DNA of 63,325 nucleotides, filler included, from Octopus bimaculoides (lineage: Eukaryota), in the NCBI RefSeq assembly GCF_001194135.2. It is 5 parts of 5 records of this genome, joined end to end, with 100 filler letters (N's around TTAATTAATTAA, not from the genome) between each part and the next. Parts side by side here need not be neighbours in the genome. Positions count along the whole stretch, not along the records: positions 12,719 to 24,417 come from NC_069007.1; positions 24,518 to 46,507 come from NC_068987.1; 3 more parts are not named here. The stretch is one strand, 5' to 3'. Position 1 is the first letter of the stretch. Every line of letters starts with the position of its first letter. Below are positions 13,325-25,986 of this stretch, in pieces. Position numbers and translations under genes: made by a program. The notes under the pieces are model-generated. The model searched no databases. It was not told the origin of the DNA and was given only the letters and a program-made list of their open reading frames with translations.

Positions 13325-13792
13325 TGCTCTAGCTTCAGGCTGATGAAAGCCTTGTGAGTGAATTTGGTAATTTAGTAGATGGACCTTTGGAAATGTGCTG
13401 TGCATGAGAAGACCCGGCAAGCCAAGTAAGATCGTTGCCAGTGCCCCTGGACTGGCTCTTGTGCGGGTGGCACATGAGATGCACCATTTTGAGCGTGGCC
13501 GTTGCCAGTACGGCCTGACTGGCTCCCGTAGGATTTTCGAGCGAGATCGTTGCCAGTGCCCCTGGACTGGCTTGTGCGGGTGGCACATAAAAGACACCAT
13601 TTCGAGCGTGGCCGTTACCAGTATCGCCTGACTGGCCTTCGTGCAGGTGACATGTAAAAGCACCTACTACACTCTCTGAGTGGTTGGCATTAGGAAGGGC
13701 ATCCAGCTGCAGAAACTCTGCCAAATTTAGATTGGAGCCTGGTGTTGCCATCCGGTTTCACCAGTCCTCAGTCAAGTCGTCCAACCCATGCT
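13325..13792 (+). mobile_element. SINE with family-C head remnant, tandem GCCAGT..ACTGGC subrepeats and RTE-like tail
   Basis: Four ~60-65 bp internal units; tail GAGTGGTTGGCATTAGGAAGGGCATCCAGCTG shared with 41497-42066 and 46318-46507. Confidence 0.8.
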
Positions 13793-14526
13793 NNNNNNNN
13801 NNNNNNNNNNNNNNNNNNNNNNNNNNNNNNNNNNNNNNNNNNNNNNNNNNNNNNNNNNNNNNNNNNNNNNNNNNNNNNNNNNNNNNNNNNNNNNNNNNNN
13901 NNNNNNNNNNNNNNNNNNNNNNNNNNNNNNNNNNNNNNNNNNNNNNNNNNNNNNNNNNNNNNNNNNNNNNNNNNNNNNNNNNNNNNNNNNNNNNNNNNNN
14001 NNNNNNNNNNNNNNNNNNNNNNNNNNNNNNNNNNNNNNNNNNNNNNNNNNNNNNNNNNNNNNNNNNNNNNNNNNNNNNNNNNNNNNNNNNNNNNNNNNNN
14101 NNNNNNNNNNNNNNNNNNNNNNNNNNNNNNNNNNNNNNNNNNNNNNNNNNNNNNNNNNNNNNNNNNNNNNNNNNNNNNNNNNNNNNNNNNNNNNNNNNNN
14201 NNNNNNNNNNNNNNNNNNNNNNNNNNNNNNNNNNNNNNNNNNNNNNNNNNNNNNNNNNNNNNNNNNNNNNNNNNNNNNNNNNNNNNNNNNNNNNNNNNNN
14301 NNNNNNNNNNNNNNNNNNNNNNNNNNNNNNNNNNNNNNNNNNNNNNNNNNNNNNNNNNNNNNNNNNNNNNNNNNNNNNNNNNNNNNNNNNNNNNNNNNNN
14401 NNNNNNNNNNNNNNNNNNNNNNNNNNNNNNNNNNNNNNNNNNNNNNNNNNNNNNNNNNNNNNNNNNNNNNNNNNNNNNNNNNNNNNNNNNNNNNNNNNNN
14501 NNNNNNNNNNNNNNNNNNNNNNNNNA

Positions 14527-14880
14527 ATTAAGTACTAGTTACGCACTGGGGTTGATATAATCGACTTAATCCCTTGTCTGTCCCCTCTATGTTTAGCCCC
14601 TTGTTGGCAATAAAGAAATAAGAAACGTTAGCACACGGGGCGAAATGCTTAGCGATATTTCGTCTGCCGTTACGTTCTAAGTTCAAATTCCGCCGAGGTC
14701 AACTTTGCCTTTCATCCTTTCGGGATCGATAAATTAAGTACCAGTTACGCACTGGAGTCGATGTAATCGACTTAATCTTTTTGTCTGTCCTTGTTTGTCC
14801 CCTCTGTGTTTAGCCCCTTGCGGGCAATAAAGAAATAAGAAACGTTAGCACATCGAGTGAAATGCTTAGAGGTATTTCAT
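14527..14880 (+). mobile_element. SINE family B, tandem/partially duplicated copies
   Basis: Repeated block gacttaatc...ttagccccttg..ggcaataaagaaataagaaacgttagcac. Confidence 0.8.
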
Positions 14881-15608
14881 CTCTATATCTACTATTACTC
14901 TCACCCCAGCAAGAGAAGTAGAAGTGTCATTGATTAGTGAGAGAGGAGGGTCGAAATGTGACACACTGACACACCGAAATTCATTTTGGCATTTACCACT
15001 ATAGATATATGTATGTATTTGTGCGTTCTGAGTTCAAATTCCGCCGAGGTCAACTTTGCCTTTCGTACTTTCGAGATCAATAAATTAAGTACCAGTTGCA
15101 TACTGGAGTCGATCTAATCGACTGCCCCACTCCCCAAAAATTTCAGCCCTTATGCCTAGAATAGAAAAAAAAAAAGATGTATTTGGAGCATGTTATAGCT
15201 TTGTTAAGCTGAACGCAAACAAACTCATGGAGACGAGAATACATTTCTCAAGGGTTTATTACTTTACTTACATCAGGGCTTAAGTCGTCAGCTATTTCTG
15301 TTTAGTTCATTCAGATTCGTTACACGCTTTCTATTGACATTTTTTTGCTTTGGTTCCCCTTTCGGAAGTCCTTTTGTTTTCCTGCTGACCTTGCTCGCCT
15401 GCAGCGAAGTTTCTGTCTACAGTTTGGTCTGTCACGAATCCTGTCCTACAATCTGTGTCGATTTGTTTTGTTTTGTTTTATGTATTCTCACGTGTATAAG
15501 TTGCATGTTTAGACATACACACATATATATTTAAATGCTAAACTTCTGAATTGTTCAACAAATCTTTCTGCTTTTTTTGATGGCTTGAATCTGTAGTCTT
15601 CAAATGTA

Positions 15609-15918
15609 TTGTTGTTGTTGGCACTCCGTCGCTTACGACGACGAGGGTTCCAGTTGATCCGATCAACGGAACAGCCTGCTCGTGAAATTAACGTGCAAGT
15701 GGCTGAGCACTCCACGGACACGTGTACCCTTAACGTAGTTCTCGGGGATATTCAGCGTGACACATTGTGTGACAAGGCTGACCCTTTGAATTACAGGCAC
15801 AACAGAAACAGGAAGAAAGAGTGAGAGAAAGTTGTGGTGGAAGAGTACAGCAGGGTTCGCCACCATCCCCTGCCGGAGTCTCGTGGAGCTTTAGGTGTTT
15901 TCGCTCAATAAACACTCA
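15609..15918 (-). mobile_element. SINE family A (partial, inside duplicated block)
   Basis: Reverse complement of 584-964. Confidence 0.85.
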
Positions 15919-15983
15919 NNNNNNNNNNTTCAACAAATCTTTCTGCTTTTTTTGATGGCTTGAATCTGTAGTCTTCAAATGTA

Positions 15984-16345
15984 TTGTTGTTGTTGGCACT
16001 CCGTCGCTTACGACGACGAGGGTTCCAGTTGATCCGATCAACGGAACAGCCTGCTCGTGAAATTAACGTGCAAGTGGCTGAGCACTCCACGGACACGTGT
16101 ACCCTTAACGTAGTTCTCGGGGATATTCAGCGTGACACAGTGTGTGACAAGGCTGACCCTTTGAATTACAGGCACAACAGAAACAGGAAGAAAGAGTGAG
16201 AGAAAGTTGTGGTGGAAGAGTACAGCAGGGTTCGCCACCATCCCCTGCCGGAGTCTCGTGGAGCTTTAGGTGTTTTCGCTCAATAAACACTCACAACGCT
16301 CGGTCTGGGAATCGAAACCGCGAGTCCGCTGCCCTTTCCACTGGG
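15984..16345 (-). mobile_element. SINE family A
   Basis: Reverse complement of 584-964, head slightly truncated. Confidence 0.9.
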
Positions 16346-16609
16346 TTAAATGTATGTATGTATGTATGTCATTATCATCATCATTGCCGTCATTGTGGCC
16401 ATCGTCAATATCAATTAGTCTCCATTTTCCACGGTGACATGTGTTAGATGGTTGGACAAGATCCAGCGAGCTCTGGGGCTATGTTGAGCTCCAGTGTCAG
16501 TTACAGCTGGATGCCCTTCCTAATAAAAACCACTTTATGGAATGTACTAGGTGCTTTTTTTCATGCTACCAGTACTAATGAGGTTATCAAGTATATAGAT
16601 ATACCATAT

Positions 16610-16746
16610 TTTAACGTGTATAAGGAACCCCCTAGTTTTGGGGGCTTAAAATTTGGAAAAAAGGTTTTGTAAAGGATTATAATATTATCCATGTATAAGG
16701 AACTCCCGTATTTTTTAACCTAATTTTTGACATTAAAATACGGTAT
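16610..16746. mobile_element. pogo/Tigger-like MITE fragment
   Basis: Ends AAAATACGGTA; internal repeat gtataaggaac(c/t)cc present twice. Confidence 0.35.
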
Positions 16747-17345
16747 ATATAAATATGTAGATAGTTAAGCATTGTAAGCTGTGCATAGCCAAATGGACAA
16801 GGATATCAAACGACTCCTTTGATCGAGGGAACATCCTTATGTCTAGGACAAAGGTCTTTCAACCCTGCTTGCACTTCAGGAAATTCCAGCTGGGAACCAC
16901 AGGCTAACGGAGTCAATTATGGATAGCAGTCAAAGGGAGACAATCCCTTGGGTTAACAGAGTAATGAAGTCTTTTCCTCCTCTATTTTCTAGAGAGGCCA
17001 CTTGCTAGAGAAACCATAATCCAACAGATTTAGGGTCTGAACAAATGTAAAGCTAAGCGCTTTATGGACGTGAAACCCAGATAACTCCTAGACCGGCCAT
17101 ATTTATCTTTATCTATATATATGACGAGTTTCTCTCAGTTTCCTTTTACCAAATCTTCTCATAAGGCTTTGGTTGACCTCAGGCTCTGGTTTGAAGACAC
17201 TTGCCCAAGTTGACATAAAGTGGGACTGAACCTACAACCATGCAGTTGGAAAGGAAACTTCTTCTGATAAAATTTTGAAAAGAAATTCTTTTTTAATTTT
17301 TCCTTCATTATTATAATTAATAAAAATACATATACGTATATATAA

Positions 17346-17363
17346 ATAGATGGATAGATAGAC

Positions 17364-17406
<43 letters not shown>

Positions 17407-17431
17407 CAGATAGATAGATAGATAGACTGAC

Positions 17432-17486
<55 letters not shown>

Positions 17487-17566
17487 CAGATAGATAGATA
17501 GATAGATAGATGAGAGAGAGACAGACAGATAGAGAGAGAGAGAGATGGATAGATAGATAGATAGAT
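17346..17566. repeat. (GATA/GACA)n microsatellite
   Basis: Tetranucleotide array. Confidence 0.95.
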
Positions 17567-17689
17567 AAAAAAAAATGATGCTGGGGTGATGGTGGTAATT
17601 ATGATGACAACAACAACTTGTGTTCTACCAGAAATTAAGACAGCTGACAGAATCACCAGCACACTAGGTGAATTGCTTTGCAGCATTTT

Positions 17690-18050
17690 GCCTATCTTCA
17701 TAGGACTTATTCTTTGTAAGCCTAGTACTTATTCTATTTGTGTCTTTTGCCGAACCGCTAAGTTACGGGGACGTAAACACACGAGCATCGGTTGTCAAGC
17801 GACGGTGGNNNNNNNNNNTATACGATGGGCTTCTTTCAGTTTCCGTCTACCAAATCCACTCACAAGGCTTTGGTCGGCCCAAGGCTATAGTAGAAGACAC
17901 TTGCCCAAGTTGCCACGCAGTGAGACTGAACCCGGAACCGTGTGGTTGGTTAGCAAGCTACTTACCACACAGCCACTCGTGCGTCTGTATACATATCGTC
18001 TATCTTTTACTTGTTTCGGTTATTTGACTGCAGCCATTCTGGGGCACAGC
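17690..18050 (-). mobile_element. SINE family C
   Basis: Reverse complement of 44570-45013. Confidence 0.85.
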
Positions 18051-18489
18051 ATTAATATATATATATATATATTATTTGTATAAGGGCATTAGTATACAAT
18101 AATGCCTCACGCTATGAGGAACTCTAAGGTCAGACTACCATAAAAAAAAACACGTTTTTACCGAACGCGAGGAAATGCAACTCTCAAAGCCAGCCCCTTA
18201 AAAACAGACTAAATTATAGATCATGATTTCGTAGTTATTGTAGTATTATACAACCTCTACTCGTCAGTATAACATGGTCAAGATAAATAGAAATAAACAG
18301 AGAATCAACATACCAAATGAACTCCGTGTATCCAATATTGTACATAGAAGACTGTTCATCGCTATTTGCCTATGTAAGTGGCGGGAATTTCGAATTGCAT
18401 CTCGGTACATGTTTTTTTTCTCAGAATAAATTCAGCACTGAATATATTCTGGTTATAGATTTAAATTCAATAATAGGATGAATTCTTTT

Positions 18490-18652
18490 ACATATATATA
18501 TATATGCAATTGGCTTCTTTCAGTTCCCATCCACCAAATCCACTCACAAGGCTTTGGTTGGTCTGTGGCTGTAGTAGAAGACACATGCCCAAAATGCCAC
18601 GTAGTGGAACTGAACCCAAAACCATGTGGTTGGGAAGCAAGCTTCTTACCGC
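18490..18652 (-). mobile_element. SINE family C head
   Basis: Reverse complement of the family C 5' part. Confidence 0.8.
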
Positions 18653-19289
18653 ACATATTTACCTGTGTCTATGAGTACAGTTTGAAATCGATATTGTACC
18701 AGAAATTTCGTGATATTTTTATGCTTTTTTACTTTAATTCAAGATGTAAAGCGCTGAACAAAAAAGAAGCAGACAGATCAACCCCAAAAGGATTTTTAAT
18801 AAAAAAAAATGACCCCAACAGGATTCAGACTCAGAATGCAAAGATCCAGAACCAATATTGCATAAACGCTTATTCTCTGCTCTAATCATGCTACCATCTG
18901 TCTTAAGCTCTAGGATTCATAGGGCAAGTTACCTGGTTCTATAGTGAATAAGTGGCCCGGATCACAACATTAGCCCTTAACGAAATGCTGGTCTGTCACA
19001 AAATTATTCATTTGCAACTGGGTGATCTGCAGCAATGTGAAATGAAGTGTTTTGCTCAAGAACGCAATGCACTACTTGGCCCTGGAATGGAAACTATGGT
19101 TGTTTGTTCATTAGTACAATACCCTAACCATTAGGCCATGTGTCTTTAGTTTTTTTAACCTTGACTTCCATGTCTCGGCTGATAGATCCAAACCTATATA
19201 ACTTTATCTTAATGTTATCTTGAAAGTTGCAGTCACAACAAACATTATATATAAAGCATAGATATTAACAATCAGGTTGGCAACAAGGC

Positions 19290-19690
19290 CACGAGGGGGA
19301 AGAGAGTAAATGTGGTTGTTCAACATGCTAGAAAGAGCAGCAACGTCTCTTTCAAACTAATCTATTAAAATAAAGGTATTCGTTATTAGGATATGAACAA
19401 GCCAGTGGGGTGGGAGGAGGATTTATCATAACTTGCTTTTTATGTATTTTCTATTTCAAGTATATTATTGTTGTTGATCTCACATAATTTGTTATGCTAG
19501 GCGATTTGCTCGACTAAAGGCGGTGCTCCAGCATGGCCGCAATCAATTGACTAAAACAAGTAAAAGAGAGTAAAGAGTATATTTATTGCTAAAATACCAA
19601 CAAAGTTGGGGAAGGGAAGAGACTAAATGTGGTCGCTTGACATGCTAGAAATAGCAGCCCAACCCCTCAAACCAATCTACTTTTTAGAAG
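19290..19690 (+). repeat. Two copies (~19290-19370, ~19610-19685) of a dispersed repeat, family E
   Basis: Shared gaagag..taaatgtggt...acatgctagaaa.agcagc motif; reverse-strand relatives at ~12325 and ~38960. Confidence 0.6.
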
Positions 19691-20264
19691 AAGGGGTGAC
19701 ACATCGAATAATGTAGTCTATAGTATAGAATACCCGATAAAAGAAAACGGGATGATTCATAGCTGGAATGCTTTTCATAATAGGTCGTCTTTCTGCATTT
19801 AAACAATAACATCTTTGACATGTTGAGTGTGAATGTAATGGCGAGTATTGGACACACATCATCTGCAAGTCTTTAGTTACGCCATAAAATTTAGGTTAAC
19901 GAGTAGGGTTTTTCAATGAGTTGAATTCAATGAACCAGTTTGATTTTTATGACATTCAATCAATTCAATGGAATTCATTCACCTATCCCTCCTGAAAACA
20001 CCGTAAAATGTAAACAAGTTATGCGACTAAACACAGATTTATTTACAAAGATAACCTGTTACGTACGGTTCGTTAGATACAGAGTTTGCTCGGGAAAAAA
20101 CTGTATAGATGTATGTATTTACAGAATGACATTAAAAAATCCTAAGATATATTTTTCTGTTGTACAATACGGTTTGCAATTCGCCGTTTTGGGTTCAGTC
20201 CCACTGTCTGACACCTTGGGAAAATGTCTTCTTTTTTTTTTTTAATTTTTTTTTTTTTACTCTA

Positions 20265-20531
20265 GCTACGAGCCCACCGAAGCCTCATGAGTGGATTTGG
20301 TAGACGGAAACTGTGTAGAAGCCCGTTGTATATGTGAGTGTATATATATGTGGGGGTGGAGGCACGNNNNNNNNNNNNNNNNNNNNNNNNNNNNNNNNNN
20401 NNNNNNNNNNNNNNNNNNNNNNNNNNNNNNNNNNNNNNNNNNNNNNNNNNNNNNNNNNNNNNNNNNNNNNNNNNNNNNNNNNNNNNNNNNNNNNNNNNNN
20501 NNNNNNNNNNNNNNNNNNNNNNNNNNNNNNN

Positions 20532-20564
<33 letters not shown>

Positions 20565-20820
20565 TGTATGTATACACACACACACAAACATGTATGTGCG
20601 TGTGTGTTTTGTATCTGCTCCCACTCCCTGTTTGACAACCTGTGTTGGTTTTTTTACGTCCCCATAACTTGGCGGTTTGGCAAAACAGACTGATAGAATA
20701 AGTGCCAGACTTGAAAAAATAATAATAAATAATAAGTACTGGGTTTGATTTGTCTAAGCTCTTCCAGACCTGCAGCGTCCCAAAATGGCCGCAGTCCAAT
20801 GAGTGAAGTAACAGATAAAA
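20265..20820 (+). mobile_element. SINE family C spanning a gap
   Basis: Head remnant, central (TA/CA) microsatellite and tail match 44570-45013. Confidence 0.75.
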
Positions 20821-21529
20821 GATTAAAATATATTCTGTAGTATAGCTGGACATTAACAATTAATAGATTTATTCTATAGTCGTACAATATATATCATCAT
20901 CATCACCATCGTCATCGTCATCACCACAATTTCATGTCTGTCTTCCATGCAGGCATCGATAATATAAGTTTAACAGGAACTGACACATCGTGGAAACATT
21001 TGATAATCCAGAAACATTTAAAATTCAATTAACTAACATGAATGATTTATACAGGGTGTTGACAGTTTGCATAAAAGGCAAAAAAAAAAACAATATCCCT
21101 TCCAAAAATAAGTTTTCTAGAAAATAATAAAATATCGACTTGATTATTTCTTATATTTAATTGTTTATGTTACTATTTTATTTACTCCATGTACCCAGAC
21201 CTTGTGGACATCCGCGATGTAAATCACCAAATTGTATGTACGCATTGGTAAATTAAAAATTATTTAGTTTTTTTTTTTCACTATTGCAAAATAATAATAA
21301 TTACTGAATTTGTTTTTTAAGCTTAAAAAGGCTTTTATTTTACCATGTTTTATTGTAAACCGCATTCATAAATAAAGCGTCAACGATGTACAGTAAACAC
21401 CGCCAAATTATATTCGCAAAAAATAAGTTTTTATTAACCATGTATTATTGAAAATACATTCATAAATAAAGTACAGAACTGGGAATGGTTATTATTGATT
21501 TAGTCTAGAGGTAAGTAAATTGGGCCTAG

Positions 21530-21600
21530 CCTAGCCTAGCCTAGCGACAAGTTATTTTGACTTAAGTCGTTTTTCGACTGAAGTCGTGTCTCCTAGAACC
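21530..21600. mobile_element. Unclassified DNA-transposon terminus with (GCCTA)n subterminal repeat
   Basis: gcctagcctagcctagc followed by gacttaagtcg..cgactgaagtcgtgtctcc; resembles MULE/Rehavkus-type ends (from recall). Confidence 0.3.
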
Positions 21601-21904
21601 ATTTAACGACGTAGGGTGAGGTATGCCTGTACTGAGGTTGATTTATTCTTCGAGGCCAAACATAGACGCAATGTAAAGACTGAAACAAAGTGAAAAGACA
21701 AAAACTTATAAAAACATGATGCAAGGGAAGTAACTCGATCGAATAGTTTGAACCTGTCAGTATAAGTTACTTCCCTGTAAATACGTACGTCTTTTAGACG
21801 TGCATTGTATATAATTACCATAGACGGATACACACACACAAACCACAAGTGTCGCAAATAGGTAAAACTAAAGTGTTTGACACGAACAAAAGAAAAAAAA
21901 GAAT

Positions 21905-22110
21905 AGTGCAATAGATGCACAACAACATGTAATAAACGAATATGAAAAAAAATGCGTGCTGGCGAATGGGAGGGGGCAGGGAAGAGGACTCGGAAAATTC
22001 ACATCGGGAATGTTCCGAGTCCTCTCACCACTTCACCACTTCCCCGTCCGTCGACGAAATTTTTTTTTTTCCATATTCGTTTACTACATGTTGTTTAACA
22101 CCTATTACAC
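21905..22110. repeat. Long imperfect palindrome (foldback-like) running into a gap
   Basis: Inner 13-bp perfect stem AGAGGACTCGGAA/TTCCGAGTCCTCT; outer arms aacaacatgtaataaacgaatatgaaaaaaaat / attttttttttccatattcgtttactacatgttgtt. Confidence 0.85.
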
Positions 22111-23258
22111 NNNNNNNNNNNNNNNNNNNNNNNNNNNNNNNNNNNNNNNNNNNNNNNNNNNNNNNNNNNNNNNNNNNNNNNNNNNNNNNNNNNNNNNNNN
22201 NNNNNNNNNNNNNNNNNNNNNNNNNNNNNNNNNNNNNNNNNNNNNNNNNNNNNNNNNNNNNNNNNNNNNNNNNNNNNNNNNNNNNNNNNNNNNNNNNNNN
22301 NNNNNNNNNNNNNNNNNNNNNNNNNNNNNNNNNNNNNNNNNNNNNNNNNNNNNNNNNNNNNNNNNNNNNNNNNNNNNNNNNNNNNNNNNNNNNNNNNNNN
22401 NNNNNNNNNNNNNNNNNNNNNNNNNNNNNNNNNNNNNNNNNNNNNNNNNNNNNNNNNNNNNNNNNNNNNNNNNNNNNNNNNNNNNNNNNNNNNNNNNNNN
22501 NNNNNNNNNNNNNNNNNNNNNNNNNNNNNNNNNNNNNNNNNNNNNNNNNNNNNNNNNNNNNNNNNNNNNNNNNNNNNNNNNNNNNNNNNNNNNNNNNNNN
22601 NNNNNNNNNNNNNNNNNNNNNNNNNNNNNNNNNNNNNNNNNNNNNNNNNNNNNNNNNNNNNNNNNNNNNNNNNNNNNNNNNNNNNNNNNNNNNNNNNNNN
22701 NNNNNNNNNNNNNNNNNNNNNNNNNNNNNNNNNNNNNNNNNNNNNNNNNNNNNNNNNNNNNNNNNNNNNNNNNNNNNNNNNNNNNNNNNNNNNNNNNNNN
22801 NNNNNNNNNNNNNNNNNNNNNNNNNNNNNNNNNNNNNNNNNNNNNNNNNNNNNNNNNNNNNNNNNNNNNNNNNNNNNNNNNNNNNNNNNNNNNNNNNNNN
22901 NNNNNNNNNNNNNNNNNNNNNNNNNNNNNNNNNNNNNNNNNNNNNNNNNNNNNNNNNNNNNNNNNNNNNNNNNNNNNNNNNNNNNNNNNNNNNNNNNNNN
23001 NNNNNNNNNNNNNNNNNNNNNNNNNNNNNNNNNNNNNNNNNNNNNNNNNNNNNNNNNNNNNNNNNNNNNNNNNNNNNNNNNNNNNNNNNNNNNNNCAAAC
23101 TTCATTTGTTTTCTATTTTGATAAATTCTCTCTGTTGAAAATTATATTTTTATATTTTAAATAATTTGCAATTTCAGGAAATATGTTTTTATATTAAATT
23201 TGTGTTTTCTACTCACGACTAGCTAGCGCGGACGCGCGAACTTTCGAGTAATAGATAG

Positions 23259-23289
<31 letters not shown>

Positions 23290-23306
23290 CAGACAGACAT
23301 ATAGCT

Positions 23307-23436
23307 CGCTCCGGCCAGTCATGGTATTAGCTGTCAGTAGCCAAAGAATCGACAGGCCAGCAACAGGCAGACAGACAGATACTTCACTAGCAGTGAGCAC
23401 TTTCACTTCTGACAGCTAATAGCATGATAGTGCCGA
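23307..23436. mobile_element. Small MITE-like inverted-repeat element
   Basis: tcatggtattagctgtcag (23319-23337) versus ctgacagctaatagcatga (23409-23427), 1 mismatch. Confidence 0.55.
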
Positions 23437-23858
23437 GAAAACATCATATATAAACACATAGACCATCACAAACATTCAACTCACCTCAGATTCAATTACC
23501 TCAGTGGTGGCCATATTCAGACTGCAAGCAGCAGTTTTTTTTTCTTCACCTGTTTTGCTCAAATAACTTTAATTATTATCAAGTTTATGCCCTCATTATC
23601 CTTCTATATTTTTTGTAATTCATCTCTGTTCCACTTAGGTAAACCTAAACTCCACTTAATGTAGGTCATAATTAAATTGTTATTATAGATAACCAGTTAT
23701 AGATGCCTTAAAGGTGGGGGTGAGGGAACAGGGTACTAAGTGTGTGTGTGTGCGTGTATGTGAGCATGCACCTGTGAATATAGGTATATATAGATACTAT
23801 GATACAAATATTCAAATATTTGTGTACGTATACATACATTTGTGTCTGTCTGTGTGTA

Positions 23859-24072
23859 TAGGGTGGCCCAAAGGTAGGTTTACAGTTATCACGTAGGCAC
23901 TTTAAATTTCTTTTTAAAACATTTTTTTACATTTAAATTTCCATCTTACAATTAACTAAATTAGCATAGAATAAATGGTTTCATATTCTTTTATAATTAA
24001 GATCTAAACTGTTAATATATGAATGCTAAAGAGATTGTCGAATAACTGTAAACCGATTTTTGGGCCACCCTG
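23859..24072. mobile_element. Tc1/mariner-derived MITE
   Basis: ~31-bp TIRs (T/C)AGGGTGGCCCAAA...TTTACAGTTAT / ATAACTGTAAA...TTTGGGCCACCCTG; TA on the left flank. Confidence 0.8.
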
Positions 24073-24517
24073 TTTACACACACACAAGTCAAATGTTAAT
24101 AGACGACCTTATAATCATTAAAATTTATTTAAATCTGAAATTATACATTCAAATTATTTATTGATTGTTATAATGTGAATATCTAATATTTAGTAGACAT
24201 CCTCTTTACATTTTTCAACACAAAGATCCTATTAGGCATGCTACTGATCAGATGACATATATTCTCATTGTGTTTAACGTTTTTTATGATGTCCCGTACC
24301 ATATGCATGTATGTATACATATAGATGTAGGTATGTACATATATGTATGGATATGTGTATATATTTATATATTATTTATGTTATTATATGATCGAACGCC
24401 ACGCACTGTCTCCAAGTNNNNNNNNNNNNNNNNNNNNNNNNNNNNNNNNNNNNNNNNNNNNTTAATTAATTAANNNNNNNNNNNNNNNNNNNNNNNNNNN
24501 NNNNNNNNNNNNNNNNN

Positions 24518-24573
<56 letters not shown>

Positions 24574-25534
24574 CTTTGAATATATATACAGATGAATCAA
24601 AACAAAGGACTGCTTAAATGACATTGATGCTTGTTTGCAACTATCACACCATGCCATAAAACGAGGCATGCACACACACATTTCATTTGCAGCTTAACAA
24701 AGCAACCAATAGTTTCAAATGAGGAGATCTTCACAATTGTTCAAGTGTGCCACACGGAAGTGTTGGTATTTGTCTCCAACACCTCCATGTGGAGAGAGAG
24801 AGAGAGAGCAAAGCATAGTATATGAGGGGAGATAATTTGATGGTTCAGTGTAGGGTGATGAATCACTAACATATGGGTGAGGAAAGAGAAAAGGAATAGA
24901 TGAAGAATGGCTAACAAGTGAACTGGTTCTTGGTAGCAAGAAAAATATTGTCTGAAGGTTGGGTTTGCAGTGAAAGAGATAATGGGTGAGGGAGGGACAT
25001 TGGCAGAAATTGATGACTTGTGCCCATCAGTGCATATACATGGCCACAGTGCTTCCACAAGTTGGTTTCACAGAGATAGGCGGGTCTTCATGAGAACCCC
25101 ACATTGTCAAATGTCCCACTCTTTAGTCATTTCTTCCATGGGGCTCATACAGTATATACCTATCTATCTATCTATCTATATATATATATATATGTATGCA
25201 CACATAATCGTGTGTATATATTTGCCACTTGAGCTACACCTGGTGCCAATTTTTGTACACACACACTCACTCACTCACTCACTCACATGTGTGCATACTT
25301 TCATTTTTATAGTGAATGTAAGGCTCTATGTTTTGAGTTGAGGTCCACAGTTTTGCACTTAGGTAAGGCACTTGAGGTTTTGAACAGAGGCACATCTTTT
25401 CAAAGCGAAGATTGTATAGGTTATGTTGTAAGTTTTTCTGATACTTTCTATAAATGTGTGAACAGTTGGATACTGCCTCTAGTTATCATCATTGTGATAA
25501 TTGTTACTACAGTCTACCTGTTTTATATTTTCAG

Positions 25535-25619
25535 ATCTCCATCTCCAGACAGATCACATGCTGCACTGTCAAGTCGCACATCTAATCCCGGCAGATCTGA
25601 TAGTGATGAGGAAAAATGA
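25535..25619 (+). CDS. Candidate terminal coding exon of an unidentified plus-strand gene ((R)SPSPDRSHAALSSRTSNPGRSDSDEEK*)
   Basis: Acceptor ctgttttatattttcag; protein-like S/R/D/E-rich frame ending in TGA; ~3 kb of SINE-poor AT-rich sequence with AATAAA motifs follows; no upstream exon could be linked. Confidence 0.4.
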
Positions 25620-25951
25620 ATACACACAATAGAGGGGGAATTCTTAGTTTTTTTTTTCCCCCCTTTCTCTGTCTCTCTCTTTCTCTCTCTCTCTCTCTCA
25701 AGCAAGAACCAGCAAAAATGGAAAGCATGTTGTATTTAAACAAGTAGACTTTAGAATTTTTTTTAATCAATTGCCTATTTAATCATTAATTGAAGATTCT
25801 GGTTGTTTTTTCTTTTTGTTTCTTTATTTTTTCCCCCATTTTTAATTGTAGGTACATGCACACCCATATATTCACCTACTCTTGTTTTTGTTCATTTTGG
25901 TTACTCATGAAAACTAATACTCTCAAAACCTGAAAGAACATGTATCTTACA

Positions 25952-25986
<35 letters not shown>

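Noticed and set aside
13430-13660. CRISPR-like repeat-spacer array
   Set aside because: Eukaryotic SINE-internal tandem units with related rather than unique spacers; no cas genes
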